This document shows, one piece after another, positions 53,678 to 60,875 of a stretch of DNA of 64,000 nt. The stretch is from a virus. Taxonomy: Duplodnaviria > Heunggongvirae > Uroviricota > Caudoviricetes. The first letter of the stretch is position 1. Every line of letters starts with the position of its first letter. The stretch lies in IMG/VR virus record IMGVR_UViG_3300035678_000001; one strand, 5' to 3'. A program made the translations under genes and the position numbers. Under the pieces are notes generated by a model that saw nothing but the letters and a program-made list of their open reading frames with translations, did no database searches and was not told the DNA's origin.

Positions 53678-54123
53678 CACGTCTCCTGTTCGCAGGCGCC
53701 GATCATGCACAGGTTGGGGCCGTCGAAGCGGTTGCCGCAGACGCAGACCTCGGGCACTGGTGGCAGCCGGATCTTGTCGGGCGCGTCCTCGAACTGCACG
53801 CGGATCTCGTGCCGGGGGTCGTGCCGGTAGCGCGCCCCGACCTCGACGTTGATCGCCTCGATGTCGTCCGGGACGGCCAAGGTCAGCACTCGATCCCTGA
53901 CCTTGGACAGCACCCTGGTGACCATCTCGTGGTCGGTGGGGCTCCACAGGACGGTCACTGCCCCCTGGTCGTAGAGCCACTGGATGCCCGCCGACCGCAC
54001 TCCGGCGTACGTGCCACGGGTGACCATGCCGCCGTCCCGAGTGACCGTCCAGACGTGCTGCTCGCCGTCGCTCTCGGTCGCCAGCAGAGCGGTGCCGTCC
54101 GGGTGGACCTCGTAGGGACTCAT
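53677..54123 (-). CDS. Hypothetical protein
   Basis: ATGA coupling. Confidence 0.6.
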   Translation of the reverse strand: MSPYEVHPDGTALLATESDGEQHVWTVTRDGGMVTRGTYAGVRSAGIQWLYDQGAVTVLWSPTDHEMVTRVLSKVRDRVLTLAVPDDIEAINVEVGARYRHDPRHEIRVQFEDAPDKIRLPPVPEVCVCGNRFDGPNLCMIGACEQET

Positions 54124-54236
54124 CCGCCCAGCCAGTGCAGCAGGCCGGTCACGCCGAAGATGGCGCCGCCGACGATGAGCACGTCATGCCACCAGGGCCA
54201 GTCCACCTTGCCGTAGATCTTGGACTCGTACCTCAT
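54120..54236 (-). CDS. 38-aa membrane peptide
   Basis: C-terminal TM segment; ATGA coupling. Confidence 0.55.
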   Translation of the reverse strand: MRYESKIYGKVDWPWWHDVLIVGGAIFGVTGLLHWLGG

Positions 54237-54553
54237 GAGCCCTCCACCGGCTCGGTGACCGGCATGAGCGGCTCGACGTACGCCGTGCCGGTCGGGCTCA
54301 CCTTGAGGCGGCACCAGGGCACCCCGTGGATCTCCACGAGCACCTCACGCACAGTAGCGCCGATGGCACTGCGAGCGACGGTGTGGTTGAAGAAGCGGAA
54401 CGCCTCAAGCGCCTTGCCCATCGCCAGCGCCTGCTCGACGTTGAGGGCTGATACTTCTATCTGCGGCTCGGGCTCTGCCTCAGCCTGCTCCCCAGAGGCT
54501 ACCTCGGGACCGGCCTGCATGTCAGCCAGAACGTCCTCGGGCTCGTCAGCCAC
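54233..54553 (-). CDS. Acidic hypothetical protein
   Basis: Coupled ORF. Confidence 0.55.
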   Translation of the reverse strand: MADEPEDVLADMQAGPEVASGEQAEAEPEPQIEVSALNVEQALAMGKALEAFRFFNHTVARSAIGATVREVLVEIHGVPWCRLKVSPTGTAYVEPLMPVTEPVEGS

Positions 54554-54830
54554 TGCTCGGCGCCTTCAACTCGTAGAGGTGCCACACGAGCCCGGTCTGC
54601 GGGTCGAAGGCCGAGCCGATGTGGTCGGCGTCAGCCGGACCCCAGGGGATCTCGTGGCCGGTGCCCACGAAGCCGATGGTGCGCTGCACGAGCGGCGCTC
54701 CCTCCTCGACCTCGTACCAGACAGTCGGTGTGCCCATCTGGATGGAAACGAGCCGCAGCGGCGCGTGGAAGGGCACGAAGATGCGCGTGCCTTCCGGCAA
54801 GTTGATCGGGTACTTGAGGACGCGCCTCAT
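54546..54830 (-). CDS. Widespread small phage protein (KYPI...VWYEV...GTGH...VWHLYE)
   Basis: Recognisable family of unknown function; ATGA coupling. Confidence 0.7.
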   Translation of the reverse strand: MRRVLKYPINLPEGTRIFVPFHAPLRLVSIQMGTPTVWYEVEEGAPLVQRTIGFVGTGHEIPWGPADADHIGSAFDPQTGLVWHLYELKAPSSG

Positions 54831-55204
54831 CGGCTGATGATGCCGTGCTCGCCTCGGTGCCCGGCCTCCTTGTTGCAGTACGACTCGTCGCAGAAGTTGA
54901 GCAGCGGCGGCTTGGTGCCGAGCAGGCGGATCACGGTGTCCACCGGGCTCTCCTCGCCCTCGGGCTGGACCACGGGCGGACGACCGATTGAAACGAGGTG
55001 GGCTCGGAGGCGGTCGATCTCCTCCTGCGGGGTACGACCACCTTGAACGGAGGTGGCGGGCTCGGGGTCGTGGTTCTTGCCCGTCACCTCCGTCCCCATC
55101 GGCTGGTCGAGCGCACCCTGCTGCTGCTGGTGCGCCGGGATGCCGGGCTGACCGCCCACGTCCTCGGTGCCAGCGGGGTTGGTCTGGGAGAGCGGTGCGG
55201 TCAT
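54827..55204 (-). CDS. Hypothetical protein with C-terminal CNKEAGHRGEH motif
   Basis: ATGA coupling. Confidence 0.55.
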   Translation of the reverse strand: MTAPLSQTNPAGTEDVGGQPGIPAHQQQQGALDQPMGTEVTGKNHDPEPATSVQGGRTPQEEIDRLRAHLVSIGRPPVVQPEGEESPVDTVIRLLGTKPPLLNFCDESYCNKEAGHRGEHGIISR

Positions 55205-55347
55205 GCGCAGTACCTCGTGATCTTGTAGGCGGGAGCGTGCTCGGCACGCAAGGTGTCGCAGCGGCGGTTGCCGCCTATGACGAACGCCGCCACGAGGGCG
55301 GCGATCAGGGCGAGGCTCGCGGTGATCGCGAGCAGTGTGCGGGTCAT
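55201..55347 (-). CDS. 48-aa membrane/exported peptide
   Basis: GAGGAG RBS after the promoter; hydrophobic N-terminus; not in the ORF track. Confidence 0.6.
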   Translation of the reverse strand: MTRTLLAITASLALIAALVAAFVIGGNRRCDTLRAEHAPAYKITRYCA

Positions 55348-55367
55348 CTGGCTCCTCTGACGAGCGG

Positions 55368-55396
55368 ACTTTACTACCGAGAAGGTCCGTAGTCAC
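55368..55396 (-). promoter_or_regulatory. SigA-like promoter GTGACT-N17-TAAAGT with operator-like spacer
   Basis: CTAC...GTAG ends; followed by a GTCAGAG leader. Confidence 0.6.
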
Positions 55397-55633
55397 CTAC
55401 CGTCGCGAGAATGGTGTCGGGCGCCCGCAGGCGACCGCCTTCTCACACTTGGTGCAGAGCACCTCGCCCTCGGGCTTGGTGGTGCTGATGCGGGCGTTGA
55501 AGCCACGGACCTTGGATCCACACCACGACTGGTAGCGACCGGGGAGCATCGCGTGCCACGGGCCGGGGTTGGGCTGGTCGGTGCCAGCCACGCGACGGTT
55601 CAGGCGCTTGTAGCCATCCACGGTGTAGGTCAT
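55397..55633 (-). CDS. Small protein (WH...SWCG...LCTKC), leaderless
   Basis: ATG 6 nt after a TACCTT -10 box. Confidence 0.65.
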   Translation of the reverse strand: MTYTVDGYKRLNRRVAGTDQPNPGPWHAMLPGRYQSWCGSKVRGFNARISTTKPEGEVLCTKCEKAVACGRPTPFSRR

Positions 55634-55639
55634 GGAGGA

Positions 55640-55669
55640 AAGGTACTACAAGGATGCTTGGAGCCGCAA
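55640..55669 (-). promoter_or_regulatory. SigA-like promoter TTGCGG-N18-TACCTT with palindromic spacer
   Basis: Spacer CTCCAAGCATCCTTGTAG. Confidence 0.7.
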
Positions 55670-56071
55670 GCCCCGACACACCGGGCAACGTCTGCCATGT
55701 CCGTGGTTCTTCATCCGGCGCTCCTCGTTGCGGTCGCCGTAGTAGATGGCGACCACCTTCCAGTCGATCCCAGCCTGGGTCACCGCGTCCATCAGGCGGG
55801 CTCCACGGCCAGCCCGGTGCAGCAGCAGCCGAACACCGAGGTTCTGGGTCCACCCCATGTAGTGCTTGGCGTGAGAGAAGGGGCGGTCGAAGCAGATCAG
55901 GTAGACGACCCCTCCGCGCTGCTGTGCGAGCCGCAGGCAGGCTCTGCACGTCGGCAGCGGCTCCTCGGGTGCAGCGAGCCGGATGCGGCGCCCACAGAGC
56001 GCCTGGGGGCCGTCCACAACGTGAACGAGCCCGCCGAAGCGGGCTCGTCCATGCGTCCAGTCCTTCTTCAC
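55646..56071 (-). CDS. GIY-YIG nuclease-like protein with N-terminal H...LCG...CRAC finger
   Basis: VVYLICF...HYMGWTQNLGVRLLLHRAGRGARL. Confidence 0.75.
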   Translation of the reverse strand: MKKDWTHGRARFGGLVHVVDGPQALCGRRIRLAAPEEPLPTCRACLRLAQQRGGVVYLICFDRPFSHAKHYMGWTQNLGVRLLLHRAGRGARLMDAVTQAGIDWKVVAIYYGDRNEERRMKNHGHGRRCPVCRGLRLQASL

Positions 56072-56725
56072 CTAGTTGATCTCCACCGTCGTCGGAGCGA
56101 GCACCTGCACGTCGAGGCCGACCTCGACCAGGCTGGCAAGCGTGTCACCGACCTCTGACGGAAAGTAGAAGCCGACCTTGCCCTTGCAGAGCAGGGCGCA
56201 CTTGTCGCCACGGGTGCGGACCAGGCTGCTGTCAGCGTCCGCCTCGTAGGGGAGCGCCTCAAGGCGCAGCGTCTGGACCTGCTCCTTCTTGGAGATCTGG
56301 CGGCGACCGCAGCCCTCGCACTGATTGCAGGAGTTGAACGCGCAAACGTGGGTCGGGTCAGCAGCGACGACAGCCTGCGCGGCCAGCCTGGCGTGGTACT
56401 CAACGCTGTCGAGGTGGCAGAGCACCGTCCGCTGGATCACCGAGGCCAGGGAGTCGTGGTCGAGGTAGCCGGGGTTCATCGAGCCGTCAGCGGTCTTGTA
56501 CGTGAAGTCGTAGCGCCCGACGCCGTGCTGGGTGACCGTACCGACGTAGTTCTCGCGCAGGATGCTGGTGCCGATGTAGACGTGGTACTGGCCGCGACCG
56601 GCACCACCGATGTTGACGATCTCGACCTCGATCTCGCCGTGGTTGGAGAGGGCCATCGAGCCCTGCTTGACCTTGCGGCCAGCGATGGAGCGGTCCTTGA
56701 GGGTGAGGGCGCGGAACTCGGTCAT
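56072..56725 (-). CDS. Hypothetical early protein
   Basis: AGGAG RBS after the promoter. Confidence 0.7.
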   Translation of the reverse strand: MTEFRALTLKDRSIAGRKVKQGSMALSNHGEIEVEIVNIGGAGRGQYHVYIGTSILRENYVGTVTQHGVGRYDFTYKTADGSMNPGYLDHDSLASVIQRTVLCHLDSVEYHARLAAQAVVAADPTHVCAFNSCNQCEGCGRRQISKKEQVQTLRLEALPYEADADSSLVRTRGDKCALLCKGKVGFYFPSEVGDTLASLVEVGLDVQVLAPTTVEIN

Positions 56726-56764
56726 CGGGGTTCTCCTGACATGTGGGTGGCTCTGACAACAGGA

Positions 56765-56794
56765 ACGATACTACAAGGATCCTTGTAGCCGCAA
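56765..56794 (-). promoter_or_regulatory. SigA-like promoter TTGCGG-N18-TATCGT; the spacer is a perfect 18-bp palindrome CTACAAGGATCCTTGTAG (56771-56788)
   Basis: Read directly from sequence. Confidence 0.75.
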
Positions 56795-56826
56795 GAGGCC
56801 CACCCGAAGTTCTCGGATGGGCCTCT
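56794..56826 (-). terminator. Hairpin AGAGGCCCA...TGGGCCTCT
   Basis: Inverted repeat just after the stop of 56841..57314 and abutting the next -35. Confidence 0.65.
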
Positions 56827-56840
56827 CTTGGGTCAGAGCA

Positions 56841-57314
56841 CTAGCCGTACACGACCTCCCCGAAGATGCCTGCCTGCACGATGCAGTCCGCTGCGGAGGA
56901 GTCGATCATCCCGCCACCGTCCGTAGGGTCAGCCGCGTTGGCGAGCACGTCGGTGAGGATGTAGCCGAGGATCGAGTCGTTGACGCTGGCCTGGCCGGAG
57001 AGCAGCCGCTCGATACCGAGCATCACCACGTCGGCGTCGAGCACGGTCACGAACTCCGAGCCGTTGCCCGCCTCGATCCAGTCATCCAGCGCGATCTGGC
57101 CGCAGCCGCTGGGGAGCCCGGACTCCGTGAAGGCGTCCTCGTGGTCGTAGCCAGCGATCCACGAGTAGCCCTGCTCGGACTGCTTGTGGTCGAGGCCACG
57201 GAACCAGTAGCCGATGCCGCCCTCGTAGGCGGTGACGAGGATGCCCTCAAGGAAGTCCTCGGTCACGTTGAGGGTGACGGCCAGCGGGCGGGTGGTGAGG
57301 GTCTTGGTGCTCAT
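56841..57314 (-). CDS. Hypothetical early protein (AYEGGIGYW...DSSAADCIVQAGIFGEVVYG)
   Basis: C-terminal D-x-x-x-A-D-x-I-x-Q-x-x-x-F-G-E-V-V-Y-G motif recalled from many phages. Confidence 0.75.
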   Translation of the reverse strand: MSTKTLTTRPLAVTLNVTEDFLEGILVTAYEGGIGYWFRGLDHKQSEQGYSWIAGYDHEDAFTESGLPSGCGQIALDDWIEAGNGSEFVTVLDADVVMLGIERLLSGQASVNDSILGYILTDVLANAADPTDGGGMIDSSAADCIVQAGIFGEVVYG

Positions 57315-57347
57315 CGTGATGTCCTTCTTCGCAGGTAGGTGGGGGCG

Positions 57348-57671
57348 TCAGACGGACGCGATGACGGAGACGAGGCGCAGCATGTCGGCGGACGAGCCGT
57401 AGGCCCAGGTGCCGAGGTAGCGGTACGCCTGCCAGATGTACGTGCCGCGTCCCGTCTCGCCCACCTCGGCCTGCTTGGTGAAGGGGTGCTCGGTGAACTG
57501 GACGAACTCGGCGCGGCGGTCGGTGCCCTCACCGACGATGCCCAGGAAGATGGCGGGCTCGATGCGCTCGCTGCGCTGGCTGCCGTTGCAGAACATCAGC
57601 GTGACGTGCGTGCCGGGGGTGAGCCGGTCGATGCGGTCCGGGGTCTTCTTGGCGACGGTGGCGGTGCTCAT
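57348..57671 (-). CDS. Hypothetical early protein
   Basis: AGGAG RBS after the promoter. Confidence 0.7.
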   Translation of the reverse strand: MSTATVAKKTPDRIDRLTPGTHVTLMFCNGSQRSERIEPAIFLGIVGEGTDRRAEFVQFTEHPFTKQAEVGETGRGTYIWQAYRYLGTWAYGSSADMLRLVSVIASV

Positions 57672-57711
57672 GGGGTGCTCCTGGGGTCGTGAGGTGACTC
57701 TGACAACAGGA

Positions 57712-57741
57712 ACGGTACTACAAGGATCCTTGGAGGCGCAA
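57712..57741 (-). promoter_or_regulatory. SigA-like promoter TTGCGC-N18-TACCGT with near-palindromic spacer
   Basis: Spacer CTCCAAGGATCCTTGTAG; GTCAGAGTCACC leader. Confidence 0.72.
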
Positions 57742-57745
57742 GTAC

Positions 57746-58147
57746 CTACCTCGGAGCGTCCGGGCAGGCGTAGTGGGTGACCTCTGGATCGTCGTGCTTC
57801 GCCTCCAACTCGGAGCGCGTCTTCTTGCAGTACCGGCACGTCGGCACGCCGCTGCGAGGGATCAGGTGATGGGTGGGGCCGTCAGGGGGCCAGGGCGCCT
57901 TCGTGTCGCTCCTGGCTGTCCGTTCTGCGACAGGTCGCCCGCCGTGCTCCAAGACGGCCTCCACCACCATGTCGAACTGCTCGGGGTTGACGTGCATCGA
58001 GCCCGAGCCGTCGTCCGGGATGCTGACGGTGAGCAGCCAGCGGTTGTACGGCTGGGGCGACACCCTGGCGACGAACATCGGCTCGATCTTGCGCTGTGCC
58101 TCGATGGCCTGCTGCTCGGTGTCGAAGACGGCCCGGTAGAGGTTCAC
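57746..58147 (-). CDS. Hypothetical protein with C-terminal CRYC finger
   Basis: GTGA coupling. Confidence 0.55.
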   Translation of the reverse strand: MNLYRAVFDTEQQAIEAQRKIEPMFVARVSPQPYNRWLLTVSIPDDGSGSMHVNPEQFDMVVEAVLEHGGRPVAERTARSDTKAPWPPDGPTHHLIPRSGVPTCRYCKKTRSELEAKHDDPEVTHYACPDAPR

Positions 58148-58692
58148 CGGCCCTGGTCCCAGTGCGACAGGTCTTGGGTCGGCACGAAGGTGGAGTAGGG
58201 CGACTCGGGCCTCGGCATGGCCGCTGCCACAGCCCGACCGATGCGGTCAGCCTCCTTCTGCTCGTGGTGCTCGTACAACTTGTAGCCCGCGTAGGCCACG
58301 GTGGCGGCGCCCATGAGGGCGGCGGCGTTCGGGTGGCGCTGATACCAGCGGTGCCTCCACAGGAACCACGCCATGAGGGCGCACCAGCCCGCTGACAGGC
58401 CGAAGCACCAGCCCCAGAGGTGAGGGAGAGGGGCGTAGCAGTCCGAGTCGTAGCCGTTGTTGTAGAGGTCGCTGCACTTCTGGGTCCAGTCGCTGCCCAG
58501 GTGCATGAGCCCCCAACTGATCGCGTTGAGCACGATGACGATGAGGACGCTGCCGACGACCGCGAACCAGATCGCGACCGAGGCGTCGGTCTTCATCGGC
58601 TCACGCGGTGGGGCTGGCGGCGTGTAGTTGTAGGTGGCGATCCGGGGGACCGCTGGCAGTGACGTGATCCGGTGAACCGGCTCGATGCTCAT
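58144..58692 (-). CDS. Multi-pass membrane protein
   Basis: Three hydrophobic segments; ATGA coupling. Confidence 0.65.
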   Translation of the reverse strand: MSIEPVHRITSLPAVPRIATYNYTPPAPPREPMKTDASVAIWFAVVGSVLIVIVLNAISWGLMHLGSDWTQKCSDLYNNGYDSDCYAPLPHLWGWCFGLSAGWCALMAWFLWRHRWYQRHPNAAALMGAATVAYAGYKLYEHHEQKEADRIGRAVAAAMPRPESPYSTFVPTQDLSHWDQGR

Positions 58693-59117
58693 GCTGTGAC
58701 CCCCAGGTACTCGGCCAACTTCTCGGCCTCGAAGATGGCCTCTCCGTTCCTGATCTCGACCGGCGGCATCTTCTGCTTGGCGGCTGCCTTGCGCAGCGCG
58801 TCAGGGCTCCACGTTGGGCCGACTGGCTGTTGTTCGCGCCACTCGGCCTCGGTCTTCACCAGCAGGCGGGGCTCGATGGCGACAGGCACCTTGCGCTGGC
58901 GCCGACCGGGGATGCGGTAGGCACGGATGCAGCCGTTGGTCTGGTACGGCACGTGGCCCTTGCCCGGCATGAAGCGGGTGGCTGTCTGGGGGTCAGCCAC
59001 CCACTCGCCGTTCTCGACCCGCCAGCCGGGCTCGGTGTCCACGACCTCGAACACCACTCCGGCTGACGTGACGTACCGCTCGCCAGGCTTCAAGTCCTTG
59101 CGCTTCATGCCTCTCAT
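58689..59117 (-). CDS. Hypothetical protein (SH3-like N-terminus LKPGERY)
   Basis: Start may be 59117 or 59108. Confidence 0.6.
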   Translation of the reverse strand: MRGMKRKDLKPGERYVTSAGVVFEVVDTEPGWRVENGEWVADPQTATRFMPGKGHVPYQTNGCIRAYRIPGRRQRKVPVAIEPRLLVKTEAEWREQQPVGPTWSPDALRKAAAKQKMPPVEIRNGEAIFEAEKLAEYLGVTA

Positions 59118-59150
59118 GTTCTCACGGGATCCTCGGTAGTAGAGCAGGGA

Positions 59151-60134
59151 CTAGCGGGACAGGGAGTAGACCTTCTCGGACTGCTTGAACGGCATGTCCT
59201 CTGGTCCCTTGATGTAGGGCGCAATCCAGATCTTGCGGTAGGTCACCGAGCCGTCCTCGGCCTTGTAGGGCTGGTTGCGCCAGTGGCCCCGCACGACCCA
59301 GCGGTGACTCCACTCGACCATCGACTCGCCCTCGGAGCGGCTGCCAGCGGTGCGGCGCAGTTGGACGACGGTGACGCGGCTCGGGAGGTTCATCCGGCCC
59401 ATGCGCTTCTGCGTCCGGCGGTCCACCTCGGCCTCCTTGAGGGAGGTGACCGTCTGGTTGAGCATCATCAGCAGCGCGAGGATGAAGCGGGTGTCGTTGT
59501 CCACCTCGGAGGCCAGCGTCTGGCCCGTGCCGACAGCCCACTTGGCGTAGTCCGCCTCGGGCACGATGACCGGCGGGCCAGCCAGTTGGCTGTCCGCGAT
59601 GAACTGGATGTGGTGGACGTGCAGCCGACCCATGTCGGCCAGTTCCTGGCGGCGATTGCTCGTGAGCACGTCCTTGTTGACCTCATCGCGGGGGTCGTTG
59701 ATGTCGGTGTAGAACACGACGAGAGTGCCGGGCCGACCGTTGGCGACGAGGCGCCCCCACGACATGGCGCAGGTGGTGACCGTGCGACCCCACATCTCGC
59801 GGGTGATGAGCGAGTCCTCGAAGATCACGAAGCCGTGGTCGGTGGGCCACAGGTCGTGGGCGAAGGAGTCGGTGTTGTCGAGCCCGGCGGACGCCCACCG
59901 CACCAGCGGCATCATCTCGGCGGTGACGAAGTACGCCTCACTCATGTTCAGCCGGACGACCTCGCGGGTGGTGAAGGCCCGCCCGTCCGGGTGGCCCTGG
60001 CCGTTGGTGTATTCCGGTCCGACGTGCTTGCGCATCACGTCGGTGACGAAGTTCGTCATGTACCGCTGGTAGGCCCGCGTAGAGAGCCGGTCCCGCAGGA
60101 TGGCGCGCTCATCGAGCACCTGCACGGGAGTCAC
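59151..60134 (-). CDS. Phage protein with C-terminal HRWVVRGHWR...WIAPYIKG motif
   Basis: Motif recalled from many phage proteins of unknown function; GTGA coupling. Confidence 0.75.
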   Translation of the reverse strand: MTPVQVLDERAILRDRLSTRAYQRYMTNFVTDVMRKHVGPEYTNGQGHPDGRAFTTREVVRLNMSEAYFVTAEMMPLVRWASAGLDNTDSFAHDLWPTDHGFVIFEDSLITREMWGRTVTTCAMSWGRLVANGRPGTLVVFYTDINDPRDEVNKDVLTSNRRQELADMGRLHVHHIQFIADSQLAGPPVIVPEADYAKWAVGTGQTLASEVDNDTRFILALLMMLNQTVTSLKEAEVDRRTQKRMGRMNLPSRVTVVQLRRTAGSRSEGESMVEWSHRWVVRGHWRNQPYKAEDGSVTYRKIWIAPYIKGPEDMPFKQSEKVYSLSR

Positions 60135-60301
60135 CGCGACACCACCGTCATGGAGCACTCGTCGGCGGCGGCGCTGCCCTGGATCTGGCCCACGATGTAG
60201 GACTTCACGTCCTCGCGGATCTCCTTGGCCCCCTCGACGCCGTACGTCTGGGTCCACTCCTGCGGGTTCACCTCGACGGTGACACTGATCTTGACCTTCA
60301 C
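60131..60301 (-). CDS. 56-aa protein (MKVKISVTVEVNPQEW...), first gene after a promoter
   Basis: GGAGG RBS; not in the ORF track. Confidence 0.65.
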   Translation of the reverse strand: MKVKISVTVEVNPQEWTQTYGVEGAKEIREDVKSYIVGQIQGSAAADECSMTVVSR

Positions 60302-60340
60302 GATCTTCCTCCGAACAGACTGATGGCTCTGACGAGAGGA

Positions 60341-60369
60341 ACGGTACTACCGAAGATCCTTGTAGTCAA
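60341..60369 (-). promoter_or_regulatory. SigA-like promoter TTGACT-N17-TACCGT with operator-like spacer
   Basis: CTACAAGGATCTTCGGTAG; GTCAGAGCCATC leader. Confidence 0.72.
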
Positions 60370-60553
60370 TGTCGGTCACGGGGGCTGGGACGATGCCCTC
60401 CGGGGTGGTGATGGCGAGATCGGCCAAGAAGGCGCCCAGCGGATCACGGCGCTCGCCGGTATGGCACGGGCACTCGCACCAGGCCCAGTAGTCCAGCAGG
60501 AGCGCCTTGCACTCCATGTGCTGGCGCTTCAAGCAGGGGTCGCATCGCTCCAT
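60347..60553 (-). CDS. Small Cys/His protein (CDPC...HMEC...CECPCH)
   Basis: TGATG coupling. Confidence 0.55.
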   Translation of the reverse strand: MERCDPCLKRQHMECKALLLDYWAWCECPCHTGERRDPLGAFLADLAITTPEGIVPAPVTDIDYKDLR

Positions 60554-60873
60554 CAGACGCCCCGGTACACACCATCAGTGACGAAGCCGTGCATCCCACA
60601 GCAGCCCGGCCAGTAGACCGAGGGCGTGAGAGTCAGAGGCTCTCTCTGTACGACCGTGTGCGCAGCCGTGCCCCAGGGACACCAGTGCGGCGCAGTGCCC
60701 TTGCGGCAGTACGCCGCCGCCTCCTCGTTCTTCGGTTCGCACCAGTGCCAGAGCACGGGATGCGACTCGGGCTCGCCGTTGCGGTCGGTGAAGAAGACCG
60801 AGTAGAGGTCGTCGGACAACTTGGTGAAGCCCTCGCTCGGGGGCTGGCTGTGGTCGCGCCAGTTGTCGGGCAT
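60553..60873 (-). CDS. DUF6527-like protein
   Basis: LTLTPSV...CCGMHGFVTDG C-terminal motif. Confidence 0.6.
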   Translation of the reverse strand: MPDNWRDHSQPPSEGFTKLSDDLYSVFFTDRNGEPESHPVLWHWCEPKNEEAAAYCRKGTAPHWCPWGTAAHTVVQREPLTLTPSVYWPGCCGMHGFVTDGVYRGV

Positions 60874-60875
60874 CG

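Noticed and set aside
57478-57489. Near-match to the late motif (GTGAAGGGGTGC) on the plus strand; also GTGAAGGGGAC near 1116
   Set aside because: Both lie inside coding sequence (H-P-F-T and V-K-G codons), and one is in the wrong orientation
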